Assembly: GCA_964404285.1 (NCBI GenBank)
Contig: CAYOJK010000012.1
Location: 11,494 to 75,493, forward strand
Direction: 5' to 3'
Length of the DNA: 64,000 nt
Source: an uncultured bacterium
Lineage (GTDB): Bacteria; CSSED10-310
Shown here: positions 1 through 10,097 of the stretch, piece by piece
Layout of the letters: every line of letters starts with the position of its first letter
Numbering within the stretch: the first letter of the stretch is position 1
Position numbers and translations under genes: made by a program
Notes under the pieces: generated by a model
Told to the model about the DNA's origin: nothing
Databases searched by the model: none
What the model saw: only the letters and a program-made list of their open reading frames with translations

Positions 1-875
1 TCGTATTGGACAGCCAAAACACTCAACCACCGCTGTCGTCTTTTCCATTTATCTGCCAGTTCGCCAAAGGCTTTTCCGGTAATCGTACGTTTTTAGTCAC
101 GTCGATGGATGATTGGGCTTCTTTACTGGAGCGGTTTCCGAATCGTCATTGCCGGGTCAGTCAAAAAATTGACGGTGATACCTGGACAGTCAACGCATGT
201 GTATTTAAAGATGGTCATACCCTCGTGTCACCTCCATTCCTACAAGAAACGATCATATTTGAATCGACGGATGGCCTGCCGAAACGGATTGGTTCCGCCG
301 GTAATCATTGGGGCGAATTTTCGCCTGAAGTGGCGCGTCAGACACAGGATATCACGAGCAAAATCGGTTGGGTTTTACACCAAAAAGGATTTTTTGGGTT
401 TTGGGGTATAGATCTTATTTTGGACAAAGCCACCGGTTTATTTTATGCTGTTGAAATCAACCCCAGAATCACGGCTTCGACCCCTGTTTTGACGCCGATA
501 GAAATGTTGGGGGATACACCACCTTTGATAGCCGCTCACGTAGGCATATCTTTGAATCTGAACTGGCCTTGGACAGATGCGCCTGCATCACCAAACCCTG
601 GCGGTCAGCGCATTTATCGGGCAGGGGGACTTCCAATTCCGCAGGAGCTTGCACAATGTGAGACCGGAATATATCGATTTGCCGAAAACACGGTGCAATG
701 TGTAAGACCAGGCTGGAATCCAGCAAGTCTCGAGATCGACGAATGTCTGATCTGGAAACCCCAAACAACACGATGTGCTTCGGAATCGATGCGGATTATT
801 TACCGAGGTTCTTCCGATTCGCTACCCGCATTCTTGGAATCGACTGCCTGTGATGAGCCGCTCAGCTCAGGATAA
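1..875 (+). CDS. ATP-grasp domain protein (5'-partial; gene starts upstream of window)
   Basis: Open frame from window edge; translation contains 'GIDLILDKATGLFYAVEINPR' (ATP-grasp E-x-N catalytic motif). Confidence 0.55.
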   Translation, partial: VLDSQNTQPPLSSFPFICQFAKGFSGNRTFLVTSMDDWASLLERFPNRHCRVSQKIDGDTWTVNACVFKDGHTLVSPPFLQETIIFESTDGLPKRIGSAGNHWGEFSPEVARQTQDITSKIGWVLHQKGFFGFWGIDLILDKATGLFYAVEINPRITASTPVLTPIEMLGDTPPLIAAHVGISLNLNWPWTDAPASPNPGGQRIYRAGGLPIPQELAQCETGIYRFAENTVQCVRPGWNPASLEIDECLIWKPQTTRCASESMRIIYRGSSDSLPAFLESTACDEPLSSG

Positions 876-2989
876 ATCGCCGAATAACAACTGTAATTTT
901 CCAACACTTTTTTGACGAACATCCGTGTTTGCTGGAATGGTATATGCTCGATCCAAATTTCATCGGGATAAGGATATTCCAGTATCCAGCTATCAACCCT
1001 ATGCTCACCGGCATTATATCCAGCTAACGCTTTAGGTATGGACCCGTCGAATCGGTTCAGTAACCAAGCCAGGTATTCAACTCCAGCCCGCACATTGTAT
1101 TCAGGCTTCATATACTCTTTGACACCGGGAGATTCCGGCCAGCCGGCCGCCAACCGTTCAAACAACTCCGGCATCACCTGCATCAGACCTCCCGCCAGAT
1201 TGTGTGATAACGCATATTGGTCAAACCCGCTTTCCTGCAAAGTCACCGCAGCAGCCAAACAGGGGTCTAACCCGCCGACTTGCTCTACAGCCGCCTGGTA
1301 AAACGGCTGGAATCGCTCAGGAAAAGGATAAAGAATATCGGCTGCAAATTTGGGAATTTGACCGTTGTTGACGGCTTTATCGTATTTTTTCAAGACCTGA
1401 CGCCGAGCAGCCGCCACTTTTCCGGTATTGACCAAGCTGTTCATTTGACGAAAAAAATATCCCTCTGAAACCGGCTGAAAATAGAGCGCTCCCCGTTCCC
1501 ATTCCGCTGCTGCTCGATCCCATAAACTCAACGTTTCCAAAAATTCCGCTGTCTGCACAGCAGGCGATTGTTTTTCCTGAGCAGTCAACTCCGGAAAAGG
1601 TCTAGAAAACGGGTTGGGAATAGGCATTTTCAACAGCCGCGAGGCTTGGATTCCGTAATATTCCCATGCGTGATCCGCAGCCAACTTCTGGTATTCGGCA
1701 ACGTAGTGGTCAGGTTTTGCATCCGCAAGGTGATGAAACCGCCCGTGCCAATACCGCATCGGTAAATCCCATCCGGAAGCGGCGTATATCCCCATCATCT
1801 GCGTCAATCTATCTGAGGCCGACTGCATATTTCCCCTGTTGAACGCTGTCCAAACCCATTTCCACCACGCCTGATCCCGGCCTGATCCTCCAGATCGTAT
1901 GACCCGTTGATAATCAGTTTCCGCTTTGTCCCACTCTTTTTGGCTCCGATAGTAATCGCCCCGCCCTATCAGCGCCGTATTGACCCAACGGCTTCCCTTG
2001 TGACGATCCGCAACCGCTGCCACCATTTCCAAATATTTCGGATCGTTTTCCAGGCGACGATAGACAATGCTTTTTCTCATTAAAACAGTAGCCGTTGACG
2101 TGTGATCTGGATATTGCTCCAAAAACCGATCGTAAAGTTCCAGACATGCATCATTCTGAAACGTATCATACAAAACTTTTGCCTTGAACAGCATGGAATC
2201 GGCGGATAAATCCCGTGATATGTCCTTGTCGATCACCTGCTGATAACATTCTGCCGCTTCATGCCGCCTGCCAATGGCATCCAGCGCGCGTCCTCGTTGA
2301 AACAGTTGCTGAGATGTTAGTGATGGATAGCTTTTCTTCAGCGCTTGCATAATGTGTTTATACAAATCATCAACGCTCTGCACGATTTCGGCAGTGTCGG
2401 GTTTTTGAAACAGTTCTCGCGCTATTGGCTCAGCTTCCTCTATCCGCCCCAAGTGATAGTATGCTGCAGCTTGCATATATCGATAGCGGCTATCCGGTTT
2501 TAGTTTATGTGTCAGATCCAATAAACGTTTCCAATCTTCCGCAAACAGGAGAAAATCAGTCAGTTCACGCGTTGCGGCCAATTGCATTGAGTAGTCCTGA
2601 TTATCTTTTAGTAGCGATAAGTTAGCGATAATGATCGATGATATTTCCTGAAAAGATTGGTCGGGCAAGTGAGGTGTTTCTTTTAAATATGCGATGCGTG
2701 ACGAAGCAGCCAAATGTTGAGCATGCCACCGTGCAGGATACTGTTCATCAACTGCCAGTGAGTCCCATGCTTTCCACGCTTGCAGGAATTGTCCGTTTTG
2801 TTGAAAAGCGATCGCTTCGAGTGACAAAGCCTTATAATCCACTATCTCGTTATCGGCACAGATAGCGATTTGTTCCATGATCCGAATACCTGCGCTGAAA
2901 ACAAAGATCATCGATATCAACGATACAAAAAATCTGTTTTTCAACCGACAACTCTTCTGAAATTTCGAATTCAGTTTATAAGGTTTCAT
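800..2989 (-). CDS. slt: Soluble lytic murein transglycosylase (Slt70-like; superhelical/TPR-like N-term + SLT domain)
   Basis: C-terminal 'ESGFDQYALSHNLAGGLMQVMP...AGYNAGEHRV' matches SLT-domain catalytic region. N-terminal signal-like segment after the internal Met 'MKPYKLNS'. Confidence 0.7.
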   Translation of the reverse strand: MKPYKLNSKFQKSCRLKNRFFVSLISMIFVFSAGIRIMEQIAICADNEIVDYKALSLEAIAFQQNGQFLQAWKAWDSLAVDEQYPARWHAQHLAASSRIAYLKETPHLPDQSFQEISSIIIANLSLLKDNQDYSMQLAATRELTDFLLFAEDWKRLLDLTHKLKPDSRYRYMQAAAYYHLGRIEEAEPIARELFQKPDTAEIVQSVDDLYKHIMQALKKSYPSLTSQQLFQRGRALDAIGRRHEAAECYQQVIDKDISRDLSADSMLFKAKVLYDTFQNDACLELYDRFLEQYPDHTSTATVLMRKSIVYRRLENDPKYLEMVAAVADRHKGSRWVNTALIGRGDYYRSQKEWDKAETDYQRVIRSGGSGRDQAWWKWVWTAFNRGNMQSASDRLTQMMGIYAASGWDLPMRYWHGRFHHLADAKPDHYVAEYQKLAADHAWEYYGIQASRLLKMPIPNPFSRPFPELTAQEKQSPAVQTAEFLETLSLWDRAAAEWERGALYFQPVSEGYFFRQMNSLVNTGKVAAARRQVLKKYDKAVNNGQIPKFAADILYPFPERFQPFYQAAVEQVGGLDPCLAAAVTLQESGFDQYALSHNLAGGLMQVMPELFERLAAGWPESPGVKEYMKPEYNVRAGVEYLAWLLNRFDGSIPKALAGYNAGEHRVDSWILEYPYPDEIWIEHIPFQQTRMFVKKVLENYSCYSAIYPELSGSSQAVDSKNAGSESEEPR

Positions 2990-3000
2990 GTTATGGCGGA

Positions 3001-4500
3001 TCACTCAGGCCGCATCAACGGAAAGAGCACACAGTTTTTGATATTTTCTTCATTGAAAAGAAACTTCATAAACCTGTCTATACCCATTCCCCAACCCGAT
3101 GCCGGCGGCATAGCATATTCCAACGCCAGAATAAAATCTTCGTCATAAGCCAGAGCTTCTTCATCACCGGCTGCCCGTAATCGCGCTTGAGCTTCGAATC
3201 GCTGACGCTGATCGATCGGATCAGCCAATTCCGAGTAGGCATTGACCAATTCGACACCACCCGCTATCAGTTGAAACCGATCGACCGTTGATGGATTTTC
3301 GTCATTTGAGCGGGCCAGTGGGGATACATCGACCGGATGCCCGATCAGGAATTGTGGTTGAATCATCTTGGGTCGCGATACCTTTTTGAACAACTGGTCC
3401 AGCAGGTTTCCCCGTCCTAGTTTTTTCAACTCTTCCAGTGGAATAGCGGGAAGAATATCCCGTTTGACGATTTCTTTCAGCAGAGCTTCTGCATCAGCAT
3501 AATCGTCGATATCAATCCCGGCATCTCGGGCAATGACATCGCGAAACGTCACCCGCTCCCAGTTACCTCCGAAATTGATCTCTTGCCCGCCAACAGCCAC
3601 CTTGGTCGATCCCGTGACAATCTCCATTGCTTCCTGGATCAATTTTTCGGTAAAACGCATATTGTCTTCATAATTCCAGTACGCCACATAATATTCCAGC
3701 ATAGTGAAATCTTGTAGATGATCCGCGCTGATACCCTCATTGCGAAAACATCGAGCGAACTCAAATACACGGTTATATCCGCCGACCAGCAGGCGTTTCA
3801 GGTAGGTTTCCGGCGCTATACGAAGATAGACATCCATATTCAGCGCTTCATGATATGTGCGAAAAGGCCGCGCCATAGCGCCTGACGGTTTGTACTGAAG
3901 AACCGGTGTTTCAACTTCAATAAAATCGTGTTTGAGCAACACGCCTCGTATGACTTGGATCAATCGACTTTTGGCCAGGAATTTTGCCCGAGCATGTTCG
4001 CTCATGATCAAATCCAAATATCGGCGCCGATAAATCATTTCGGTATCTGTCAGTCCATGCCATTTTTCCGGCAGTGGATGCAGTGATTTGCTTAGAAACA
4101 TATACTCCGTAACATCAATTGTCAGTTCGCCGGTTCGTGTGAGGATCATGCTCCCTTCCACACCGATAAAATCACCGATATCCAACACGTCCTTTGCGAG
4201 ATCGAAGGCCTTATCGCTGATGCCACCTTTGCGCAGAGCGATCTGAATTTTACCGGTGATATCTTGGATATGAAGAAACATCAATTTACCCATTTTTCGG
4301 ATCGATATAATTCGGCCGGCGCACCGAACACCTTTTTGTCCTTCCGGTAAACCCGAGGCTTCGCCACAGGTGAGCGCATCCGGAAATCGATCCGGGTAAA
4401 CCGGAATTCCTTCATCTTTCATCAATTCGATTTTTTTCAATCGGATTTGCATATATTCATCGTCTGTCAACTCGTTTCGATGTGGATTATCTTCTACCAC
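3001..4500 (-). CDS. lysS: Lysine--tRNA ligase (class II)
   Basis: 499 aa; class II aaRS motifs ('FRNEGIS', 'GGGIDR'); N-terminal OB-fold region. GTG start with upstream AGGAGG. Confidence 0.9.
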   Translation of the reverse strand: MVEDNPHRNELTDDEYMQIRLKKIELMKDEGIPVYPDRFPDALTCGEASGLPEGQKGVRCAGRIISIRKMGKLMFLHIQDITGKIQIALRKGGISDKAFDLAKDVLDIGDFIGVEGSMILTRTGELTIDVTEYMFLSKSLHPLPEKWHGLTDTEMIYRRRYLDLIMSEHARAKFLAKSRLIQVIRGVLLKHDFIEVETPVLQYKPSGAMARPFRTYHEALNMDVYLRIAPETYLKRLLVGGYNRVFEFARCFRNEGISADHLQDFTMLEYYVAYWNYEDNMRFTEKLIQEAMEIVTGSTKVAVGGQEINFGGNWERVTFRDVIARDAGIDIDDYADAEALLKEIVKRDILPAIPLEELKKLGRGNLLDQLFKKVSRPKMIQPQFLIGHPVDVSPLARSNDENPSTVDRFQLIAGGVELVNAYSELADPIDQRQRFEAQARLRAAGDEEALAYDEDFILALEYAMPPASGWGMGIDRFMKFLFNEENIKNCVLFPLMRPE

Positions 4501-4512
4501 GATAACCTCCTG

Positions 4513-5883
4513 TCAGTGAATATATCCCAACTCACGTAATTGCCGCATCTCATCACTTTCATCACCTTCTTCGTCCTGTGACATCAGCACGACCGGTAAT
4601 TTGGGAATGACCGGAATATTGTGTAGGTGTTCATGATCGGCTCCGGTAAACAGCATCAGACCTTGTCTGAGTTCTTCAAGTATCTCCGGATATTCCTCGT
4701 CAAGGCTTGTCATTTCCTCCGGATCGTCCGTCAAGCGATATAAACGATCATTTTCATCTTTGTCATAGAGCATCAATTTCCATTCGGGACCGAGACGAAA
4801 AGCCCGCATCCAGGTTTCACTCAATCTGGGCCGAAATGGAGTTAAATGGTTAACGGTGCGTAAATTAGGGGCTAGAGATTGCCCGCAAAAAGACCTTTGC
4901 GATTTGATCGAGAGAATATCGAGCAAAGTGGGTGTAATATCGATACTTTCGACGGCTCCATCGATCACGGCATGTTTCAGGCCGGGAACATGAAACAGTA
5001 GCGGGATATGAATCTGAGGCTCATAGGGGTCTCGATGGCCGACAAAATGTCTTTCTCCCAAGCTCTCCCCGTGATCGGAAAGGATAATGACAATTGTGTC
5101 ATTCAACAGATTTCGTGCTATCAAGGCTTTCCATAAGTCCAACATCACCGTATCGACATATCTGACACCGCCGTCATAGCGCCGTGAGATCCAGATAAAA
5201 TCCTGTCTTTCCAAATCCAGATTGTTCCAATACTCCTGACCGAAATCCTTTCCCAAATGATAGGGTGGTGTGCCTTCCGGCAGGAACATATCGTCAAAGG
5301 GTCGAGGCGGCATGTAGGGATAATGAACTTCATAGGTATGAAGAAACAGAAAAAATGGTTTTCCGGGATTGGAATCGATCCAGTCGAAACCTCTGGCAAA
5401 AACACGTTTTGAGCCGCCTGCGGCATCGTTGTAGAGTTCAAACCCTGGATCGTTGCCCAAACGTGCACCCATCATGCCGCCATCTGTAAAGGCCGCAGTG
5501 GCGTATCCCGCCTGTGTCAGTATTCCGGCGAGCGTAGGTGTTTCCGGCGCCAGCCCAGGCGCCTGTCTGAACACATAATTCCCGGTGAAAATCGCACGAT
5601 GTGACAGGATTGTAGTGGGGTTCTGAGCCAGAACATCAGTCAGGAGAATGGATTGTTGGGACAAGACATCTATAAACGGTGATGTCGGCAAATCATATCC
5701 ATAACATCCCAACCGGTCGGCGCGAAGGGTGTCCAGACAGATCATCACTACATTCAGCGGTTTCTTTGATCGTTCTGACGACTGATGTGTCGAAAAATCT
5801 TCGCGACTGCACCCTATACTCAGGAATAAAAACCCGAGCATCGAAATCAAAAGGGCATATTTTACACAAACGAACCTCTTCAT
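4513..5883 (-). CDS. Sulfatase-family (alkaline phosphatase superfamily) lipoprotein, Thr-nucleophile variant
   Basis: 'VVMICLDTLRADRLGCYGY' (DTLRAD in place of C/S-x-P-x-R); 'DHGE' metal-binding motif. Lipoprotein-like N-terminus 'LSIGCS'. ~80% identical to the paralog at 6041-7528. Confidence 0.75.
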   Translation of the reverse strand: MKRFVCVKYALLISMLGFLFLSIGCSREDFSTHQSSERSKKPLNVVMICLDTLRADRLGCYGYDLPTSPFIDVLSQQSILLTDVLAQNPTTILSHRAIFTGNYVFRQAPGLAPETPTLAGILTQAGYATAAFTDGGMMGARLGNDPGFELYNDAAGGSKRVFARGFDWIDSNPGKPFFLFLHTYEVHYPYMPPRPFDDMFLPEGTPPYHLGKDFGQEYWNNLDLERQDFIWISRRYDGGVRYVDTVMLDLWKALIARNLLNDTIVIILSDHGESLGERHFVGHRDPYEPQIHIPLLFHVPGLKHAVIDGAVESIDITPTLLDILSIKSQRSFCGQSLAPNLRTVNHLTPFRPRLSETWMRAFRLGPEWKLMLYDKDENDRLYRLTDDPEEMTSLDEEYPEILEELRQGLMLFTGADHEHLHNIPVIPKLPVVLMSQDEEGDESDEMRQLRELGYIH

Positions 5884-5950
5884 GCCGCGTTTTATAGCAT
5901 AGCTGGTTGAATCGCTCAATGCTCACCACATCATAGTTTTTTAGACCTCA

Positions 5951-6028
5951 TCAATTCGATTTTTTCAATCGAATTTGCATATATTCATTTTCAGTCAATT
6001 CACTGCGATGTAGATTATCTTCTACCAC
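5951..6028 (-). pseudogene. Duplicated 5' fragment of lysS (RBS + 25 codons, frameshifted to an early stop)
   Basis: Reverse-complement translation gives MVEDNLHRSELTENEYMQIRLKKSN*, near-identical to the authentic LysS N-terminus (MVEDNPHRNELTDDEYMQIRLKKIELM). One A missing in the poly-A run causes a stop. Confidence 0.6.
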
Positions 6029-6040
6029 AATAACCTCCTG

Positions 6041-7528
6041 TCAGTGAACATACCCTAATTCCCTCAATTGCTCCAGCTCAACAACCTCAATGCTTTCATT
6101 GTCCGATACCATCGAATTTTTCGATATTGGGATAGCTTCCGGTAAATGGTGAATGTACCCTAATTCCTGTAATTGCTGCATTTCAGGAGATTGTTTTTTT
6201 CCATGGTCCGGACGCATTGATATTGGGAACTTTTTAGGCACTTCAGATGGTTTGTAAATATCTTCTCTATCCAATCCGGTAAATTGCATCAGTCCCAGCC
6301 TAAGTTCTTCAAGAGCCTCCGGGTATTCTTCAGCAAGATTTCTCATCTCTTCAGGATCATCCGTTAGGCGATATAAGAGATCATTTCTATCTTTAGGACG
6401 AAGCGTCAATTTCCACTCAGGACCAAGGCGAAATGCGCGCGTCCAGATATTCCAGGTTGTTTCGCTTAACCTCGGTCGAAACAGGCTTAAATGTGTAATG
6501 TCGAGTAAGTTTGAGGCTAGTGACCGCCCGCAGAAGGGTCTATCTGATTTAATTGAAAGAAGATCAAGCAAGGTGGGAGCGATATCGACGCTTTCGACAG
6601 CGCCATCAATCACGGCATGTTTCTGACCAGGAATATGAAATATGAGCGGAATATGTATTTGTGGTTCATTTGGGCTTCGATGGCCGACAAAGAGTCTTTC
6701 TCCCAAACTTTCCCCGTGATCAGAAAAGAGAATGATTATTGTATTGGTCAGCAGATTTCGTGTTATCAGGGCTTTCCACAAATCCATCATAACCGTGTCA
6801 ACATATCTGACACCACCGTCATAGCGTCGAGAAATCCAAATAAAATCCTGTCTTTCCAAGTTCAGGCTGTTCCAATAATTCGCGCCGAAATCTTTTCCTA
6901 GGTGATAGGGTGGTGTACCAGTCGGCAGAAACATGTCATCATACGGTCGAGGAGGCGTATAAGGGTAATGAACTTCATAGGTATGAAGAAACAGAAAAAA
7001 CGGTTTTTCGGGATTGGAATCGATCCAATCGATACCTCTGCTGAAAACGCGTTTAGAGCCGCCGGCGGCATCGTTATAGAGCTCAAAACCAGGGGTGTTG
7101 CCAAAACGTGCACTCATCAATCCCCCGTCCGTAAATGCTGCTGTTGTATATCCCGCCTGTGTCAGTATTCCGGCCAGTGTATGCGTTTCCGGCGCCGGTC
7201 CAAGCGCCTGTCTGAACACATAATTCCCGGTGAAAATCGAACGATGTGACAGGATTGTAGTGGGATGCTGAGCCAGAACATCAGTCAGTAGAATGGATTG
7301 TTGGGACAATATATCCATAAACGGTGATGTCGGCAGATCATATCCATAGCATCCCAACCGATCGGCACGAAGTGTGTCCAAGCTGATCATCAATATATTC
7401 ATTGGTTCGGAGAACAAATTAGTCGGTTCCTTTTGCGTTAGTTTTCCACAGCCGCATCCAACAATCAAGGCAACAGTGCTGACTTTTGTCAGCAGAATTA
7501 AAAATTTTATACAAGAAATACGCTTCAT
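6041..7528 (-). CDS. Sulfatase-family (alkaline phosphatase superfamily) lipoprotein, paralog of 4513-5883
   Basis: Same motifs (DTLRADRLGCYGY, DHGE). C-terminus carries an extra copy of the '...LxELGYxH' tail found once in the paralog. Confidence 0.8.
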   Translation of the reverse strand: MKRISCIKFLILLTKVSTVALIVGCGCGKLTQKEPTNLFSEPMNILMISLDTLRADRLGCYGYDLPTSPFMDILSQQSILLTDVLAQHPTTILSHRSIFTGNYVFRQALGPAPETHTLAGILTQAGYTTAAFTDGGLMSARFGNTPGFELYNDAAGGSKRVFSRGIDWIDSNPEKPFFLFLHTYEVHYPYTPPRPYDDMFLPTGTPPYHLGKDFGANYWNSLNLERQDFIWISRRYDGGVRYVDTVMMDLWKALITRNLLTNTIIILFSDHGESLGERLFVGHRSPNEPQIHIPLIFHIPGQKHAVIDGAVESVDIAPTLLDLLSIKSDRPFCGRSLASNLLDITHLSLFRPRLSETTWNIWTRAFRLGPEWKLTLRPKDRNDLLYRLTDDPEEMRNLAEEYPEALEELRLGLMQFTGLDREDIYKPSEVPKKFPISMRPDHGKKQSPEMQQLQELGYIHHLPEAIPISKNSMVSDNESIEVVELEQLRELGYVH

Positions 7529-7596
7529 GAAGCATTATATAGCACAATTCACAGAATTGCTCAATGCTCACCATATTTTCGATTGTAAAATTTTTA

Positions 7597-8922
7597 TCAA
7601 TGATAGGGATAAAAGATAAACAGCAGCAATGATACCGCGCCTAGAATCCACGTGCCGATATTGACCTCCCGATATCTACCGGCAATTGTTTTCACGACCG
7701 GGTATGAAACAAAACCCGCCGTGCAGCCAATACCGATATTATACGAAAAACTCATAAAGATGATCACAATAAAAGCCGGTATCCACTCCGTCAAATCCAT
7801 AAAATCGATTCGCCGCACCGAGTCCATCATCAGCACTCCGACGATGATCAGCGCCGGGCCATACGCACACTTGGGCACAGCGGTCAGAATCGGAGTAAAA
7901 AACAGGGCCAGCAAAAACAGAATACCGGTTGTCAGCGTCGTCAAACCAGTTCGGCCGCCTTCTTCGATTCCTGCCGCTGATTCGATATAGATGCCGCTGG
8001 TGGTCGTTCCCAGGCAAGCCCCGACAACTGAAGAAATCGCATCGGCCATCATCGGCTTTTGAATGCCGGGAAGATTTCCGTTTTCATCCAGAAAACCGGC
8101 ACGAGCGCTGACACCGATCACAGTGCCCATAGTATCGACAAAATCCATGATAAATACCGTTAAAAGAATAGGAAAAAAATCCCATGTAAATACTTCCTTA
8201 AAACGAAATTGGAACATGATCGGCGCAACAGATGGAGGTTTGGATATGAACCCTGTTGGAAAAGAAACGCACGGAAGATCGACTCCTAAGTATTTCAGGA
8301 AATAGGCCAGAGCGGTTGTCACTAAAATACCGGCCATGATACCTCCTTTTATTTTGTGAATGATCATCATGGACATGATCAAAAACGCCAGGATAGCCAG
8401 AATGCTTTCGCCGCTTGTCAGAACACCGATTCCGACCGGCACGCCCGGCGTCGCTGGTTTGACGATTAGACCCGACGTCAACAGGCCGACCAGTGTCAAA
8501 AACAACCCGATACCGACGACAAATGAGCGCTTTAAATTAGTGGGAATAGCTGCCGCCAACCATGAACGCAGCTTTAGCGCCGTGATCAAGATAAATAGGA
8601 TTCCCCCGATCAAAACCGCCGTTATTCCAGCCTGCCAGGATTTGCCCATTCCCAGAACGACTGTATAGGCGATAAAGGCGTTTTCACCCATATACGGTGC
8701 CATCGCGAACGGCCGGTTGGTATAAAACGCCATCAAAATACATCCTAGAGCTGCCGTTAAAATGGTCGCCACGGTTTGGGGGCCGACGGGGATGCCGGCA
8801 GCCTCCAAGATACCAGGGTTGACGACGATGATATAGGACATCGTCAGAAACGTCGTAATACCCGCCATGATTTCGGTCGATACATCCGTCTTGTGTTCCT
8901 TGAGTTTGAAAAGCTTTTCCAT
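7597..8922 (-). CDS. NCS2-family purine (adenine/guanine/hypoxanthine) permease, AzgA/PbuG-like
   Basis: 441 aa, polytopic; N-terminus 'MEKLFKLKEHKTDVSTEIMAGITTFLTMSYIIVVNPGIL' is typical of the AzgA family. Confidence 0.8.
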   Translation of the reverse strand: MEKLFKLKEHKTDVSTEIMAGITTFLTMSYIIVVNPGILEAAGIPVGPQTVATILTAALGCILMAFYTNRPFAMAPYMGENAFIAYTVVLGMGKSWQAGITAVLIGGILFILITALKLRSWLAAAIPTNLKRSFVVGIGLFLTLVGLLTSGLIVKPATPGVPVGIGVLTSGESILAILAFLIMSMMIIHKIKGGIMAGILVTTALAYFLKYLGVDLPCVSFPTGFISKPPSVAPIMFQFRFKEVFTWDFFPILLTVFIMDFVDTMGTVIGVSARAGFLDENGNLPGIQKPMMADAISSVVGACLGTTTSGIYIESAAGIEEGGRTGLTTLTTGILFLLALFFTPILTAVPKCAYGPALIIVGVLMMDSVRRIDFMDLTEWIPAFIVIIFMSFSYNIGIGCTAGFVSYPVVKTIAGRYREVNIGTWILGAVSLLLFIFYPYH

Positions 8923-9413
8923 TCCATCAAACCTCCTCTGCGATATGCTGGAAATCCTGACTTTTTATATTTCTATGATAACAGTTTCAGCCAACGAAGA
9001 GCAAGAAGCCGGAAGCGAGGAGCGGGGAGAACCGCGAATAGACGCGAATGAACGCGAATAAGGTTTGAAAACCATTAAAATATTATTCAGCAATCACCGT
9101 CTGTTTTTTATGGGCTAGACTTTAAAACCTTGAATTTTCGAGTTTAATTTAGAAATCTCACCAATTAAAATCAACCGAAAATCTTAACCAGAAACCTAGT
9201 GCCAGCAACTGCGCTCCGCAGCAGCGGAACGCGGGTCTGGCGAGAAATGCGGATTTTGACTATAATTAATAGGATGAAACGCGAGGCTCTGGCGATCAGG
9301 ACAGGAAAAATGCAATTAGACAACCGGTGGCTTAAATCTGCTATTCTTAAAAGCGATCATGCTGCAGACAGAAAGCGCCATCATCATTTTTTTAGGGAGG
9401 GTTTATCGTGAGA

Positions 9414-9812
9414 ATGATAAAAGAGTTTAAGGAATTTGCTGTAAAAGGAAATGTGGTCGATATGGCGGTCGGTATCATCATAGGCGCCGCTTTCGGTAAA
9501 ATCGTTTCATCTTTTGTCGGTGACGTCATCATGCCGCCTATCGGTATGTTGTTAGGTGGTGTAGATTTTTCTAATCTGGCGATTACCCTGAAAGAAGCGG
9601 TAGGAGAAGATCCTGCAGTTGTCATCGGGTACGGAAAATTCATTCAGACGATCATCGATTTTCTGATCATTTCATTCTCAATTTTCATGGCTGTCAAAGC
9701 GATGAATACACTCAAACGAAAAGAGCAAGAAGCGCCTCAAGCGCCTCCGGAACCCCCGGCGCAAGAAGTGTTGCTTACGGAAATACGTGATTTGTTGAAA
9801 GATGGAAAGTAA
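9414..9812 (+). CDS. mscL: Large-conductance mechanosensitive channel
   Basis: '[44 protein letters not shown]' is the canonical MscL TM1 signature. GGGAGGG RBS 12 nt upstream. Confidence 0.85.
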   Translation: MIKEFKEFAVKGNVVDMAVGIIIGAAFGKIVSSFVGDVIMPPIGMLLGGVDFSNLAITLKEAVGEDPAVVIGYGKFIQTIIDFLIISFSIFMAVKAMNTLKRKEQEAPQAPPEPPAQEVLLTEIRDLLKDGK

Positions 9813-9842
9813 ATTATCCTGATGCTATAATCGGACTTATTT

Positions 9843-10025
9843 CTATGGCTTTGAGCGGATTCTGTGATTCATTTCTTCGTTAGAGATCGATCGTTCAGCT
9901 CTTGAATCTTTCAAACCGCGCTCAATCATTCCAGCAAAAGCAAGTTCCCTCAGAATCTCATCGTACGTACTGTCATCAGGTTGATTTCTGATTATTTCTT
10001 TCATTTTATCTTTGGCAGTTAACAT
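9843..10025 (-). CDS. Small hypothetical protein (~60 aa), antitoxin-like C-terminus ('ERGLKDSRAERSISNEEM')
   Basis: Short ORF with GGAGGG RBS. The composition resembles ParD/'unstable antitoxin' family C-termini, but no partner toxin is adjacent. Confidence 0.3.
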   Translation of the reverse strand: MLTAKDKMKEIIRNQPDDSTYDEILRELAFAGMIERGLKDSRAERSISNEEMNHRIRSKP

Positions 10026-10097
10026 CTTAACCCTCCAAGCCAAATAGATAATCTCAGTTAAGTATAACATTTCTTGTAAGGAAACTAGAAACCAGAA

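Noticed and set aside
5145-5468. Antisense/overlapping ORFs inside the sulfatase genes (5145-5468, 5265-5489, 6898-7113, 6902-7249)
   Set aside because: Fully embedded in well-supported longer CDSs on the opposite strand or frame. The 5145/6898 pair simply mirrors the duplication.
9199-9411. 70-aa ORF upstream of mscL
   Set aside because: Arg/His-rich, no RBS, lies in a GC-skewed structured leader. Treated as non-coding.
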